A stretch of DNA of 64,000 nt from an uncultured Bacteroidia bacterium (lineage in GTDB: Bacteria; Bacteroidota; Bacteroidia; Bacteroidales; UBA932), in assembly GCA_902768665.1 (NCBI GenBank), contig CACXMA010000009.1:11879-75878 (forward strand), written 5' to 3'. Each line of letters starts with the position of its first letter. Position 1 is the stretch's first letter. The position numbers and the translations under genes were made by a program. Positions 37,629 through 46,761 of this stretch are shown in pieces. The notes below the pieces were generated by a model that saw only the letters and a program-made list of their open reading frames with translations, did not search any database and was not told where the DNA came from.

Positions 37629-38717
37629 TTACAGCAGGACAGCGTTGACAGCATCGATGGTGATACCGGAGATGTCTTCGGTCTTCCAGCCTTCGACGAC
37701 CGGCGAGAACATGATCTCGTTGTTGGCGCCGTCGAGGGAGATGCCGATGTGGAAGACATAACGCGTGCCATTCTGGAACTTGTTGCCGCTGACCTTTCCG
37801 TAGAGCGGAATGGTAACAGTCTGGCTCGGAGTGGCAGGATAATCGAATCCGTTGATGGAGTAAGCAGCGATGCTGTAGGTCACTTCGATGCTCTGGTCGG
37901 CGGCGGTACCGGTGACGACATTGTCAGGAACGACCACGAAAGCGGCGCTGTTGTCGATGGAAGCGATGAAGCTACCGTTGGAAAGATAGCTCTCGGTGGT
38001 GGAGAGAACCTCGCTGCCGGAGAAGGAAGTGAAGTCGGTGTTGGTGTTGATGTTGCTCCAGACACCCTTGCCGGAAGTCGTACCGTCCACATAGTCACCG
38101 CTGGTCTTCATGTTCTTGAAGACGACCTTCTCGATGGAGATCTTGTTCTGGAGAGAGACCGTGTTGGTGGCGTCGAAAGCGGTAACGGCGATCTGGCTGG
38201 TGATGTGCTTGAACACGAGCTGGACCGTAGGCTTGCTGGCGGAGACCTGGCTCAGGGTGTAGCCGATGAGCGGGTCGATCTGCGTACCGACAGCGGTGCC
38301 GAGGCTGATGCCGGTGAGGTTCAGCACCTTCGGATCGGCCGTGTCAAGGAAGGTAGCGTTGATGCTGCTCGGATAGTAGGCATAGAAGTCAACCGTACCC
38401 ATGGCAGGCCAGAGGTAGGTACCGGTGGTAGCCTTCCAGTCACCGCCCTGATAGGAGATGTTCACATCGTTCATGAGCGGGGTGGCATAGTTGGTACCGT
38501 TGCCGTCAGCGATGTCCGCGAAAGCGAACACGTTGAAGGACTCGCTGGTCGGGAAAGCAAGCTGCTCAGGGCTGTTGCTGTCCGGGAGGATCAGGGCCTT
38601 GGTCTGGAGCGCATTCGGGGCGAAGCTGATGGGAGAAGCCTCGGGAACGACGGCCTCATTCTTGGAGCAGGCGACAAACGCTGCGATCGCGGCTGCGAAA
38701 AGAATAACTTTTTTCAT
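37629..38717 (-). CDS. Fimbrillin family lipoprotein (major-pilin-like)
   Basis: MKKVILFAAAIAAFVAC, QTKA, YLWP, FKHITSQI, VEGW. Confidence 0.9.
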   Translation of the reverse strand: MKKVILFAAAIAAFVACSKNEAVVPEASPISFAPNALQTKALILPDSNSPEQLAFPTSESFNVFAFADIADGNGTNYATPLMNDVNISYQGGDWKATTGTYLWPAMGTVDFYAYYPSSINATFLDTADPKVLNLTGISLGTAVGTQIDPLIGYTLSQVSASKPTVQLVFKHITSQIAVTAFDATNTVSLQNKISIEKVVFKNMKTSGDYVDGTTSGKGVWSNINTNTDFTSFSGSEVLSTTESYLSNGSFIASIDNSAAFVVVPDNVVTGTAADQSIEVTYSIAAYSINGFDYPATPSQTVTIPLYGKVSGNKFQNGTRYVFHIGISLDGANNEIMFSPVVEGWKTEDISGITIDAVNAVLL

Positions 38718-38768
38718 GTTTGTGTTATTGTTTTTGTTTATGATCTGAAATAGGAACGCGAAGTTTCA

Positions 38769-39905
38769 TTAGGAACGGGCGTCATCCGGGACGTCAACAT
38801 CCTGGGAACCGCCATCCACCCAGTCGGTGATGGAAGGATTGAAGTAGATCTTCTGGAGGTCGATCGTGAGGTTGTAGACATACTTCTTACCAGCCTGCCA
38901 GTCGGCGACGGTGTCGTCGATGTCATCGAAGTGGATGGTAACCTCCTTGGAACCCATCGGAAGGGCATCGCTCAGACGATAGAGCGTGTACTTGACGGTA
39001 ACGGTAGGATCGGTGCCGGCGAAAGCCGTAACAGGGATCATAAGGAGAGCGTCACCGATCGGGTCGGAGAGGGTCTTACCAAGGAAGTTGGCGGCGCCGG
39101 TAGCAACCGTTGCATTCGGGAAGTCATCCGCACGGACGACGAAGTTGGCATTGGTCTTGGGGTTGGTCCAAGTAGTGATGGTGGCAGCAGCATCGCCATC
39201 GGCAGGATTGACGACGGTCATGTTGTCAGCGGTGCTGGCGGCGTTGACGACGAGGGTGTCGATCTTGAAGCTCATACCGGCATCGAAGACATCGTCAGCG
39301 GTCTTGGCCTTGAAGATAACCTGAGCAAGCGCGTGTTTGAACTTGATGTTCACGCCCTTGTCGCCATCTGCGTTCTCGCTGTTCTTAGAGTTGGCACTAT
39401 CAACATAGTAGGACTCGTTCATGGTCCGGTCGGCGTTGACGGAAGAGTAGAGGAGGTCGACCTGGTTGGCCACGGTGGTGTTCACCGTGAAGGCGGACAG
39501 GGTCAGCGTACCGGTAGCCTCGGCGAAAGTAGCGGTAGCAGCAGCTTTCGGAGAGTAGGCAATGAAGGTCAGGGAACCCTCAAGCGGCCAATAATAGGTG
39601 CTGGCGGGAGCCCAGATCTCCTTGGCGTCGTTGAAGGAAACCTCCACGTCATCCATGTAACGGGTGGCGGAAGCCTTGTTGGCAGCCCACGTCTTGTTCT
39701 TCTCCAGATAGGAAGCGAAGACACCGAAAGAGGGCAGGTTGTAGGAATAGACGGTTCCGGAGATAGGAGCCTTGGTGGCCTTGTTGGCCACGGTGTTGAA
39801 GTTGATGACCCGGCTCTGCTCGTAAGCAGCGGTGTCAGCTTCGTTCTTGGAGCAGGCGGCGATCGCTACGAGCGCGGCAGCTGCGAGGATGAAGAACTTT
39901 TTCAT
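38769..39905 (-). CDS. Fimbrillin family lipoprotein (major-pilin-like)
   Basis: MKKFFILAAAALVAIAAC, ATKA, YYWP, FKHALAQV, WQAGKKYVYNL, ITDW. Confidence 0.9.
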   Translation of the reverse strand: MKKFFILAAAALVAIAACSKNEADTAAYEQSRVINFNTVANKATKAPISGTVYSYNLPSFGVFASYLEKNKTWAANKASATRYMDDVEVSFNDAKEIWAPASTYYWPLEGSLTFIAYSPKAAATATFAEATGTLTLSAFTVNTTVANQVDLLYSSVNADRTMNESYYVDSANSKNSENADGDKGVNIKFKHALAQVIFKAKTADDVFDAGMSFKIDTLVVNAASTADNMTVVNPADGDAAATITTWTNPKTNANFVVRADDFPNATVATGAANFLGKTLSDPIGDALLMIPVTAFAGTDPTVTVKYTLYRLSDALPMGSKEVTIHFDDIDDTVADWQAGKKYVYNLTIDLQKIYFNPSITDWVDGGSQDVDVPDDARS

Positions 39906-39947
39906 AATTGTTTGGTATTATTTGTTTAACTTATTCCTATTATATAA

Positions 39948-40988
39948 TTAGTAAATGTTGATGGTGTCGACATTCACGACCACCCAGTCGGTAACGCTCG
40001 GGTTGAAGAGGATTTCGTTCAGGCGGAAGTTGAGCGTGTAAACATACTTCTTGCCAGCCTCCCAGGCCTGAGGCTTGGAGATGTTGACGGTGCCGGTGAT
40101 CTTGGCGCTGCCGGTCTGCTCCATGGAGTAGCCGATGGTGAGGTAGGAACCTTCGATAGCGTCAGTCGTTGCCGGATCATCAGCCACAGAAGCAGCCTGA
40201 GGGATCATGACGTTGGCGGCACCGTAGACCTGATAGTCCTTGGTGATGTCCTCGAGGACCGTGTCATAGTAGGTCCAGCTTTCGGTCTGGGCAGCATTGT
40301 CCGTCCAGGTAAAGGCATTGTTGGCATAGGCAAGATCGCCGGAGAGGTCGATGTTGTTGAAGGTCACGCTCTCGACATCGAAAGCGACATCGGCGGTGTA
40401 GTCCTCATCGGTCTTGACCTGGACCTCGATCTGGGAAAGGGCGTGATTGAAGACCATCGGGAGGGCGTCAACGCGGCGGCTGCCTTCGTTCGTGGCGAAC
40501 ATCAGGTCAACGGTCTTGTTGGCGGCGCTGATGGTGTAGTCGGCAACCGTAGCCTTCGGCTTGTCGTTCGTGGCATCCCAACCGGTGGTGGAAGGAGCGA
40601 CGGTCGACGGATGGATGGCGAGGAAGCTGATCTTGCCGGTGAACGGCCAGTAGTAGTAGTTGTCAGCGTTACGCCAAGCCTCGTCGCGGGAGAGACGGCC
40701 ACCCGTCCAGGAGATGGTCAGGTTGCTCATGAAGTTGGAAGCGTCGTCCTCGGCGAATTCCGAGAAGTCAGCGGCGGGAGACTGCCAGCCCCACACCTTG
40801 AAGGTGTTGTCGTGGGCGTAGGTAGTACCGGAGATGATGGCGTCGTTGGCCTTGGTGGCCTTGCGGTTCACGACATTGAAGCCGATCTCGTTGGACTCAA
40901 GGTTGACGTCAGTGTTGGTGACCTCTTCCTTGTTGCAGGATGCCAGCGCTACGAGCGCAGTGGCGAGAATCAATTGATAAGTTTTCAT
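39948..40988 (-). CDS. Fimbrillin family lipoprotein (major-pilin-like)
   Basis: Lipobox LASC, ATKA, YYWP, FNHALSQI, WEAGKKYVYTL, VTDW. Confidence 0.9.
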   Translation of the reverse strand: MKTYQLILATALVALASCNKEEVTNTDVNLESNEIGFNVVNRKATKANDAIISGTTYAHDNTFKVWGWQSPAADFSEFAEDDASNFMSNLTISWTGGRLSRDEAWRNADNYYYWPFTGKISFLAIHPSTVAPSTTGWDATNDKPKATVADYTISAANKTVDLMFATNEGSRRVDALPMVFNHALSQIEVQVKTDEDYTADVAFDVESVTFNNIDLSGDLAYANNAFTWTDNAAQTESWTYYDTVLEDITKDYQVYGAANVMIPQAASVADDPATTDAIEGSYLTIGYSMEQTGSAKITGTVNISKPQAWEAGKKYVYTLNFRLNEILFNPSVTDWVVVNVDTINIY

Positions 40989-41029
40989 AAAGCTTTGATT
41001 GTTTATAAAATGGTTTAACATAAATAATT

Positions 41030-42067
41030 CTAAATATTGATCGGGACATTCTCCACATCCCAGTCGTCGACGCCGGGCTGGAAGCCTCCGCCTCCGCCGG
41101 TGCCGGGCTGCGGCTCGGGAATGTCGATTTCTTCTTCTATATGGATGGTCTGGTCTTCGTAGGCCTCGTCGGTGAAGAACTCGTCGGTGATGTCACGGTG
41201 CCACTCGACGGTGTCGCCGCCGACGGTCTTGATGATGATGGTGAGCCAGAGACGGCTCTCCACGGACGGGTTCTTTCCGAAGGTGTTGAACTGGCCGACG
41301 ACCATGTCGTTATTATCTGCGTCGGAGGCGGCCTTCATGTCGAACATGAGGGTCACGTCGGTATCGGTCTTGCCCTCTTCCTTGGGGAGACCGATGAAGT
41401 TGGAGGCGATCTGACCGGTCAGCAGGGCGCGGGCGGATGCCATATACTGCTCGTTCTTGATGCGGACGGAAATCTTCCAGGTCTCGATGATGGTCTCGGC
41501 ATCGGCCTCGATTGTCTGGTCCTCGGAGATGTTGTAGACCTCGACATCCTGGTGACTCACGAAGAGGTGGTCCGGCTCATAGATGATCGGATTCTCCTGG
41601 AGGCGCTGGAGGGCGAGCTCCCATACGCGGTCTTCTTCCTCGTCGGCCTTGGTGGCGGACATGCCGTAGCGGATGGCGTTGAGCATACTCGTACGCATCG
41701 CGTTGGACACCTCGTTGGTGTAGGCCTCGATGGAGTAATAGTTGCGGTCGTTGCGGAGCAGGGTCGCTTCCGTATCGAAGTTGTAGCCGATGAATTTATA
41801 CTTGCCCGGAGGAAGCGTGATGCGGCCGCCGGTGGAGGGCATATAGCTCTCGGTCACGAGATCGTACGTATCCGGATCGAAGAACATGACACGCATCATT
41901 TCCGGCTCCGGAAGTTCCTCGAACTCGCCGTTGACCCGGACGTTGAGCTTGACCTTGAGGCGGAGATTCACCGACACACTGCCATATTCGAGCTCGCGGC
42001 GCTCGCAGCTCCAAAGCGTTGCGAGTGCCACAAGGGCGATAGTCAGTATGCGGATGAACCTTCTCAT
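41030..42067 (-). CDS. DUF5119-like pilus-associated lipoprotein
   Basis: LWSCERREL, FNTFG, GGGFQPGVDDW C-terminus; directly after the DUF3575 gene. Confidence 0.75.
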   Translation of the reverse strand: MRRFIRILTIALVALATLWSCERRELEYGSVSVNLRLKVKLNVRVNGEFEELPEPEMMRVMFFDPDTYDLVTESYMPSTGGRITLPPGKYKFIGYNFDTEATLLRNDRNYYSIEAYTNEVSNAMRTSMLNAIRYGMSATKADEEEDRVWELALQRLQENPIIYEPDHLFVSHQDVEVYNISEDQTIEADAETIIETWKISVRIKNEQYMASARALLTGQIASNFIGLPKEEGKTDTDVTLMFDMKAASDADNNDMVVGQFNTFGKNPSVESRLWLTIIIKTVGGDTVEWHRDITDEFFTDEAYEDQTIHIEEEIDIPEPQPGTGGGGGFQPGVDDWDVENVPINI

Positions 42068-43663
42068 TTATCTTCTTTTCTTCATCCAGAAGTCATTGGG
42101 GATAATCACCTCGATGCTGACGCCGAGCTTGGTCGGGCCGAACCAGGTGTATCGTCCGGGGTATTTATAGATAAGGCGGGTGTCGCCCTGGTTTGCTTCG
42201 TAATAGCGGTAATGGGTAGCCATCCAGCCGATGGCGCCGAAGGCCTGCAGTCTCCAGTACTTGCCGAGGCGCCAGGCGTAGCCGTATTCGACGCCGGCGG
42301 TCTGGAACTCACCCTGGTAGCCCTTGTGGCGGGGCTCGATATCGTAGTAACCGGCGCCGAGGTCGATACCGACGAAGTGGCCGGTGAGGATGTCCCAGCG
42401 GTCATCCCTGTTGTGGCGGCTCAGCCAGTAGCGGGCGCCGAGATCGAGCTTGATGATCTGCCAGGCGCGGTCGTTGGCACGGGTCAGCCACCAAGGGAAG
42501 GTATAGTCCAGAAGGACGCTCCAGCTGTGGCCGAGCGGCATCTCGACGGCGAAGTTCGGCGTAATGGCGAGATCATAGACGGCGTTGGTGCTGAGGGCGA
42601 AGATCGGCTTCCGCGCGAAAAGATCCTCCGGAAGGACAACCGGAAGAATCAGATCGTCGTCCTCGGACTCCACATCTTCGTTCCCGGCCTTCGCCTCGGC
42701 TTCGGTCTCAGTCTTGGACTCAGTCTCGGATTCAGTCTCAGTTTCGGTCTCAGTCTCAGCCTTCTGGTCAGCCGGAGTCTCGACCGGGGTCTGGATCTTC
42801 TGCGCGGGGGCGGAAGTGTAGAAACCGTCGAGGGCCGGAGGAAGGATGTCGGCCTCGGTCGTGGCGTCGATGGCATCGACAAGCATCTCGCTGTCGTAGG
42901 CAAGGGACTTCGGAGCCACGTAGATGATGGCGACCTCGGTCTCGGGAACGACCATCCCGTCAGCGGCAACGCCAGTGCCCTGAGAAACGGCGGAACCATC
43001 CTGCTCAGAAACGATGAGGAAGCTCTGATTCGCAGCGGCCGGGCTGCCGTCATAAACGACGACGATCTCGACGCAGCGGAGATAGGTGAAATGATTGCTG
43101 AGGATATAGCGCCAGGTATCGGCACCGAAACGGTTCTGCAGACGCCACTTCTTGGTGTCGGGGCGGACGGAGTCGTCATCCAGGAGGCCGAGGATGCGGA
43201 CGCGGACGCTTTCGCCGAGTTTGAGATCCTGCTCGATCTGCGTATGGAACGGCGCCCAGGCCTCACCGCCGTCGATAAGGCGCATCTGGCCGTTGAGCAG
43301 CGGGAAGCGGTTCTTCGCGACAGTCTCGAAATTCTGACCGCGGAGGCGGCTCAGCATAAGGTTGTGCTCATATACGCCTTCCGGAGAAGCATAGGAAGTC
43401 ACGGTAATGGACTGGATACGCTCAGGGTCGAGCTCGCCAAGGAAGTCGATGATCGCGTCGGCCGTCAGGGCATTGTCGAGATAGCTCTCGTCGTAGCGGG
43501 TCTTGTCACAGGCGAAATAGAGGCGGAAGCGGCGCACCGTAGCGGTCGAATCCGACGCGGCAGGGGAAGACACCCGAGCGGCCTCTCCGGCAAACGCGGA
43601 GAAGGCGGACAGCAGGATCACTGCCATCATAGCGAGCAAGTTTGTCATTCCCTTGTTGAACAT
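42068..43663 (-). CDS. DUF3575-like outer membrane protein with N-terminal OmpA-like domain and Glu/Thr-rich linker
   Basis: SYASPEG..NLMLSRLR, STNAVYDLAITPN, FPWW, GYYD, WFGPTKLGVS. Confidence 0.8.
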   Translation of the reverse strand: MFNKGMTNLLAMMAVILLSAFSAFAGEAARVSSPAASDSTATVRRFRLYFACDKTRYDESYLDNALTADAIIDFLGELDPERIQSITVTSYASPEGVYEHNLMLSRLRGQNFETVAKNRFPLLNGQMRLIDGGEAWAPFHTQIEQDLKLGESVRVRILGLLDDDSVRPDTKKWRLQNRFGADTWRYILSNHFTYLRCVEIVVVYDGSPAAANQSFLIVSEQDGSAVSQGTGVAADGMVVPETEVAIIYVAPKSLAYDSEMLVDAIDATTEADILPPALDGFYTSAPAQKIQTPVETPADQKAETETETETESETESKTETEAEAKAGNEDVESEDDDLILPVVLPEDLFARKPIFALSTNAVYDLAITPNFAVEMPLGHSWSVLLDYTFPWWLTRANDRAWQIIKLDLGARYWLSRHNRDDRWDILTGHFVGIDLGAGYYDIEPRHKGYQGEFQTAGVEYGYAWRLGKYWRLQAFGAIGWMATHYRYYEANQGDTRLIYKYPGRYTWFGPTKLGVSIEVIIPNDFWMKKRR

Positions 43664-44328
43664 TTCAATTTTTTTGTTTAATTAATATGACGCGTGCGTA
43701 TACGCGAGAGTCAAATTGCGCGAAGTTAGTAAAAAAATTTTGAATCCAAGATTGTGGGGCGAAAAATTTATATATATTATAGGAAAAAAGGACGAATGGG
43801 GCCTGACTGAGGATGAACGGTAAAGCATTCTGCGCAAATTGCGCATTCCGTTACTCATATTCCACCTGTTTCGTTGTGTTTCAAAACTGTTATCAAGCGT
43901 TAAAATTTGTGAGTAGTCCGGGCATTTATCCACGGCCGGGCGAATCCTATCATCATGGCATACAAGCATGCAGAAGGCAGGAATTATCCTGTATATCACG
44001 CTATACGCCTCGTTTTCTCGCGCACGCGCGCCCGTGAAAGCTTTACTTGCTGTTTCGAGCCCTTTCGTTAAACAATTGTTATTTTACGACCATTTGAAAC
44101 CCTGAACAGGGGGTAATTCGAAATACCACATAATAGCTTGTAGCACGTTGTAGCCAAGATTTCGCTTTGTGCTTACAATTTAAAACCAAAACCTTTTAGC
44201 ATAGATTGGTCTTTTTCACATCTTTTTTTGGCTTTTTTACTTTTTTATATTTGAGTAAAGACTTTTTTGTTATCTTTGCAGATTGAACGCGCACGCATGC
44301 ACATACGCAAATCGCGCGCACATTGGCA
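43664..44328. promoter_or_regulatory. Divergent promoter/control region of the two pilus operons
   Basis: Minus-strand TAACTTCG (43721-43728) and plus-strand TATCTTTG (44271-44278) -7 boxes; palindrome TGCGCAA-A-TTGCGCA (43831-43845). Confidence 0.65.
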
Positions 44329-45648
44329 ATGAACCTGTTGTCGCTGGGCATATCGCTGGTCGTTCTCGGAGGGATCCCTTCCCCCGAGCCGCTCGATTCA
44401 GCCTCCCACACAAAGACCTTCAGCATCTACTTCCCCTTCGACTCCAGCGTCTACGACAGCGCCTATCTCGGCAATGCGGAAAGCGCCGCTTCGCTGGCCG
44501 GTTTCCTCGACCTTGTCGGTCCGGAGCGCATCGACTCCGTCCTGGCGACCGCCTACGCCTCTCCGGAGGGTGTCCATGAGCACAACCGCAAGGTCTCCCG
44601 CCGCCGTGCCGCACGATTCAAAGAGCTTGTTCCGCGTCTCTTTCCGCAAATGGCGGGCCAATACGAATTAAAGGACGCCGGAGAGGCCTGGGAGCCCTTC
44701 CGGGAGCGGATCGCCAAAGACCTCAGACTCAGCGACGCAAGCCGGGTCCGCATCCTCCAACTCCTGGACGACGACTCCATCCGTCCCGACACCAAAAAGT
44801 GGCGCCTCGAGAACCGTTTCGGCGAGGATACGTGGCGTTATTTCAAGAAGGAGCACTTCCCCTACCTGCGTGTCGTCGAGGTGCGTATCTTCTACCATGA
44901 CGTCCCGGACAGGGACGAGCCCGAGGCCCCGGAAGCCGTCGTCGACGCAAAGCCGGACGACCTGCTTCCTCCTATCGACACCGGGAAGGAGCGGGAAAAA
45001 GAGCACGAATCCCTGGCGGATCTCATCGGGGGCACCGGAAGCATTCTCCCGGCCATTCTCCCCGGAAAGCCCTTCCGGCCGATCATCGGGGTCAGCACCA
45101 ACCTCCTTTACGACCTCACGTACGTTCCGAACTACGGTCTGACCTCCATCCCGTCCTTCAGTCTGGAATACTATCCCGCAGCAGGTCGCTATACCTTCGG
45201 CGCCGACGTCGAATGGCCGATGTGGCAGCATCCGGAGGACCATCGCTACCTGCAGATCCAACATATCGGCCTGTGGGCCCGCCGCTATTTCAAGCCCTTC
45301 GGGGACCGCTACAACGGCCCTTATATGTCTTCGACGCTCCACCTTGCCCGCTACGGCATCGGCTGGGACGCCAAGGGCTGGGAAGGAGAAGGCACCGGCC
45401 TGTCCATGGGAGCCGGCTGGAAGTGGACCTTCGGCCGCTTCTTCATCGACGCGGGCGCGACGCTCGGCTTCTTCTTCTCGAAGTACGACCCTTATGTCTA
45501 CGGCTTCGACGACTCGAAGTGGTACTACTACGATTACGACGGGGCCCCCAACGATTTCGTCAAGCGCCGCATGGCCCTTTATTGGTTCGGCCCCACGAGG
45601 GTCTATCTCTCGATCGGTTTCGACCTTTTCAACCGCAAGCGCAGATGA
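44329..45648 (+). CDS. DUF3575-like outer membrane protein with OmpA-like N-terminal domain (paralog of 42068-43663)
   Basis: AYASPEG..NRKVSRRR, LLDDDSIRPDTKKWRL, STNLLYD, WFGPTRVYLS. Confidence 0.8.
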   Translation: MNLLSLGISLVVLGGIPSPEPLDSASHTKTFSIYFPFDSSVYDSAYLGNAESAASLAGFLDLVGPERIDSVLATAYASPEGVHEHNRKVSRRRAARFKELVPRLFPQMAGQYELKDAGEAWEPFRERIAKDLRLSDASRVRILQLLDDDSIRPDTKKWRLENRFGEDTWRYFKKEHFPYLRVVEVRIFYHDVPDRDEPEAPEAVVDAKPDDLLPPIDTGKEREKEHESLADLIGGTGSILPAILPGKPFRPIIGVSTNLLYDLTYVPNYGLTSIPSFSLEYYPAAGRYTFGADVEWPMWQHPEDHRYLQIQHIGLWARRYFKPFGDRYNGPYMSSTLHLARYGIGWDAKGWEGEGTGLSMGAGWKWTFGRFFIDAGATLGFFFSKYDPYVYGFDDSKWYYYDYDGAPNDFVKRRMALYWFGPTRVYLSIGFDLFNRKRR

Positions 45649-46706
45649 AGATGATGAGACGGAAAAGCTGCATATGGGCCGTCGTTACCGCCATTCTCGT
45701 GGCGGCCTGCGCCATTGAGCCGCCGCTGCACCTGCGGCAGGCCCTCCGGGTCATCGTGAAGGTCCTCTGGAAGGCCGAGGTCTACCCCGAGGGCATCAAG
45801 CCCAGCGGTGTGTCGCTCTATTTCTTCCGTTCCGGGGAGTACTACATGCAGCAGACCACCTCCGCCGTCGATTCCTGCCGCGTCGAGCTCGGTCCGGGAC
45901 AATACCGCCTCTATATGATCTCGCAGAGCCCCGAGGAATACGCCTGGATGCAGTTCAGCAACCTCGAGGATTTCGATGCGGCGAGCGTTTCCGTCGTCGA
46001 GACCAAGAGCACCTGGTATTCGAAGGCGGACGACGAGGTCCTGATCGGCAATCCCGAGATGATGACCGCCGCCGTGTCGGAAGATTTCGAAGTGACCGCG
46101 GAGATGATCGAAGAGCTCCGCCGCAAGACCGCCGGCGCCGACGACTCGACCGCCGAGGGTTACGTACAGTACTATACGATCCGCGTTCCCGTTGCCCCGA
46201 GACCCGTTGTGGCACAGTATTGGATCTCCATCTACTCCGAGAATGTCGACGTGCTCAAAGCCATACGCGCCAGCACGACCGGCATGGCCCGGACCTATCA
46301 CCTTACCCAGGGCATCACCGGGCCGGAATCCGGCACGCAGCTGATCACCCAGTGGAAACTGATCATGGACGACCCCGTGAACCGCATCGGCCACATCGAC
46401 GGCATCATCACCACCTTCGGTTTCCCCAGTGGGGACGAGCCGAGCCCGGACCGCGATCCGGCGCTCAATGTTGCCGCGCTGCTTGTCGACAACAAGACTG
46501 TGGACACTTACGAGTTCCAGGTCGGTAACCTGATCACGGCCGAAGAGCCCCCGGAGGGCTACCGCGCGCTGTACCGCCTGATCCTCGGCACCGTCGAGAA
46601 TCCGGCGATCCATCCGCCGGACGTACACCCGGCCGATGAGGCCAGCGGCCTGAACGCCATCGTGGATGACTGGGACGAGGAAGAAAATATTGATGTTGAA
46701 ATGTAA
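45645..46706 (+). CDS. DUF5119-like pilus-associated lipoprotein
   Basis: Lipobox VAAC-AIEPPLHL, TTFG, AIVDDWDEE C-terminus; ATGA overlap. Confidence 0.7.
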   Translation: MKMMRRKSCIWAVVTAILVAACAIEPPLHLRQALRVIVKVLWKAEVYPEGIKPSGVSLYFFRSGEYYMQQTTSAVDSCRVELGPGQYRLYMISQSPEEYAWMQFSNLEDFDAASVSVVETKSTWYSKADDEVLIGNPEMMTAAVSEDFEVTAEMIEELRRKTAGADDSTAEGYVQYYTIRVPVAPRPVVAQYWISIYSENVDVLKAIRASTTGMARTYHLTQGITGPESGTQLITQWKLIMDDPVNRIGHIDGIITTFGFPSGDEPSPDRDPALNVAALLVDNKTVDTYEFQVGNLITAEEPPEGYRALYRLILGTVENPAIHPPDVHPADEASGLNAIVDDWDEEENIDVEM

Positions 46707-46761
46707 ATTATTTAAAATCAATATATTAACAATTATTTATTAACTTTTTAATTCTTTTTTT

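Noticed and set aside
43682-44037. Small ORFs in the pilus intergenic region
   Set aside because: No motifs, atypical codon usage, overlap predicted promoters
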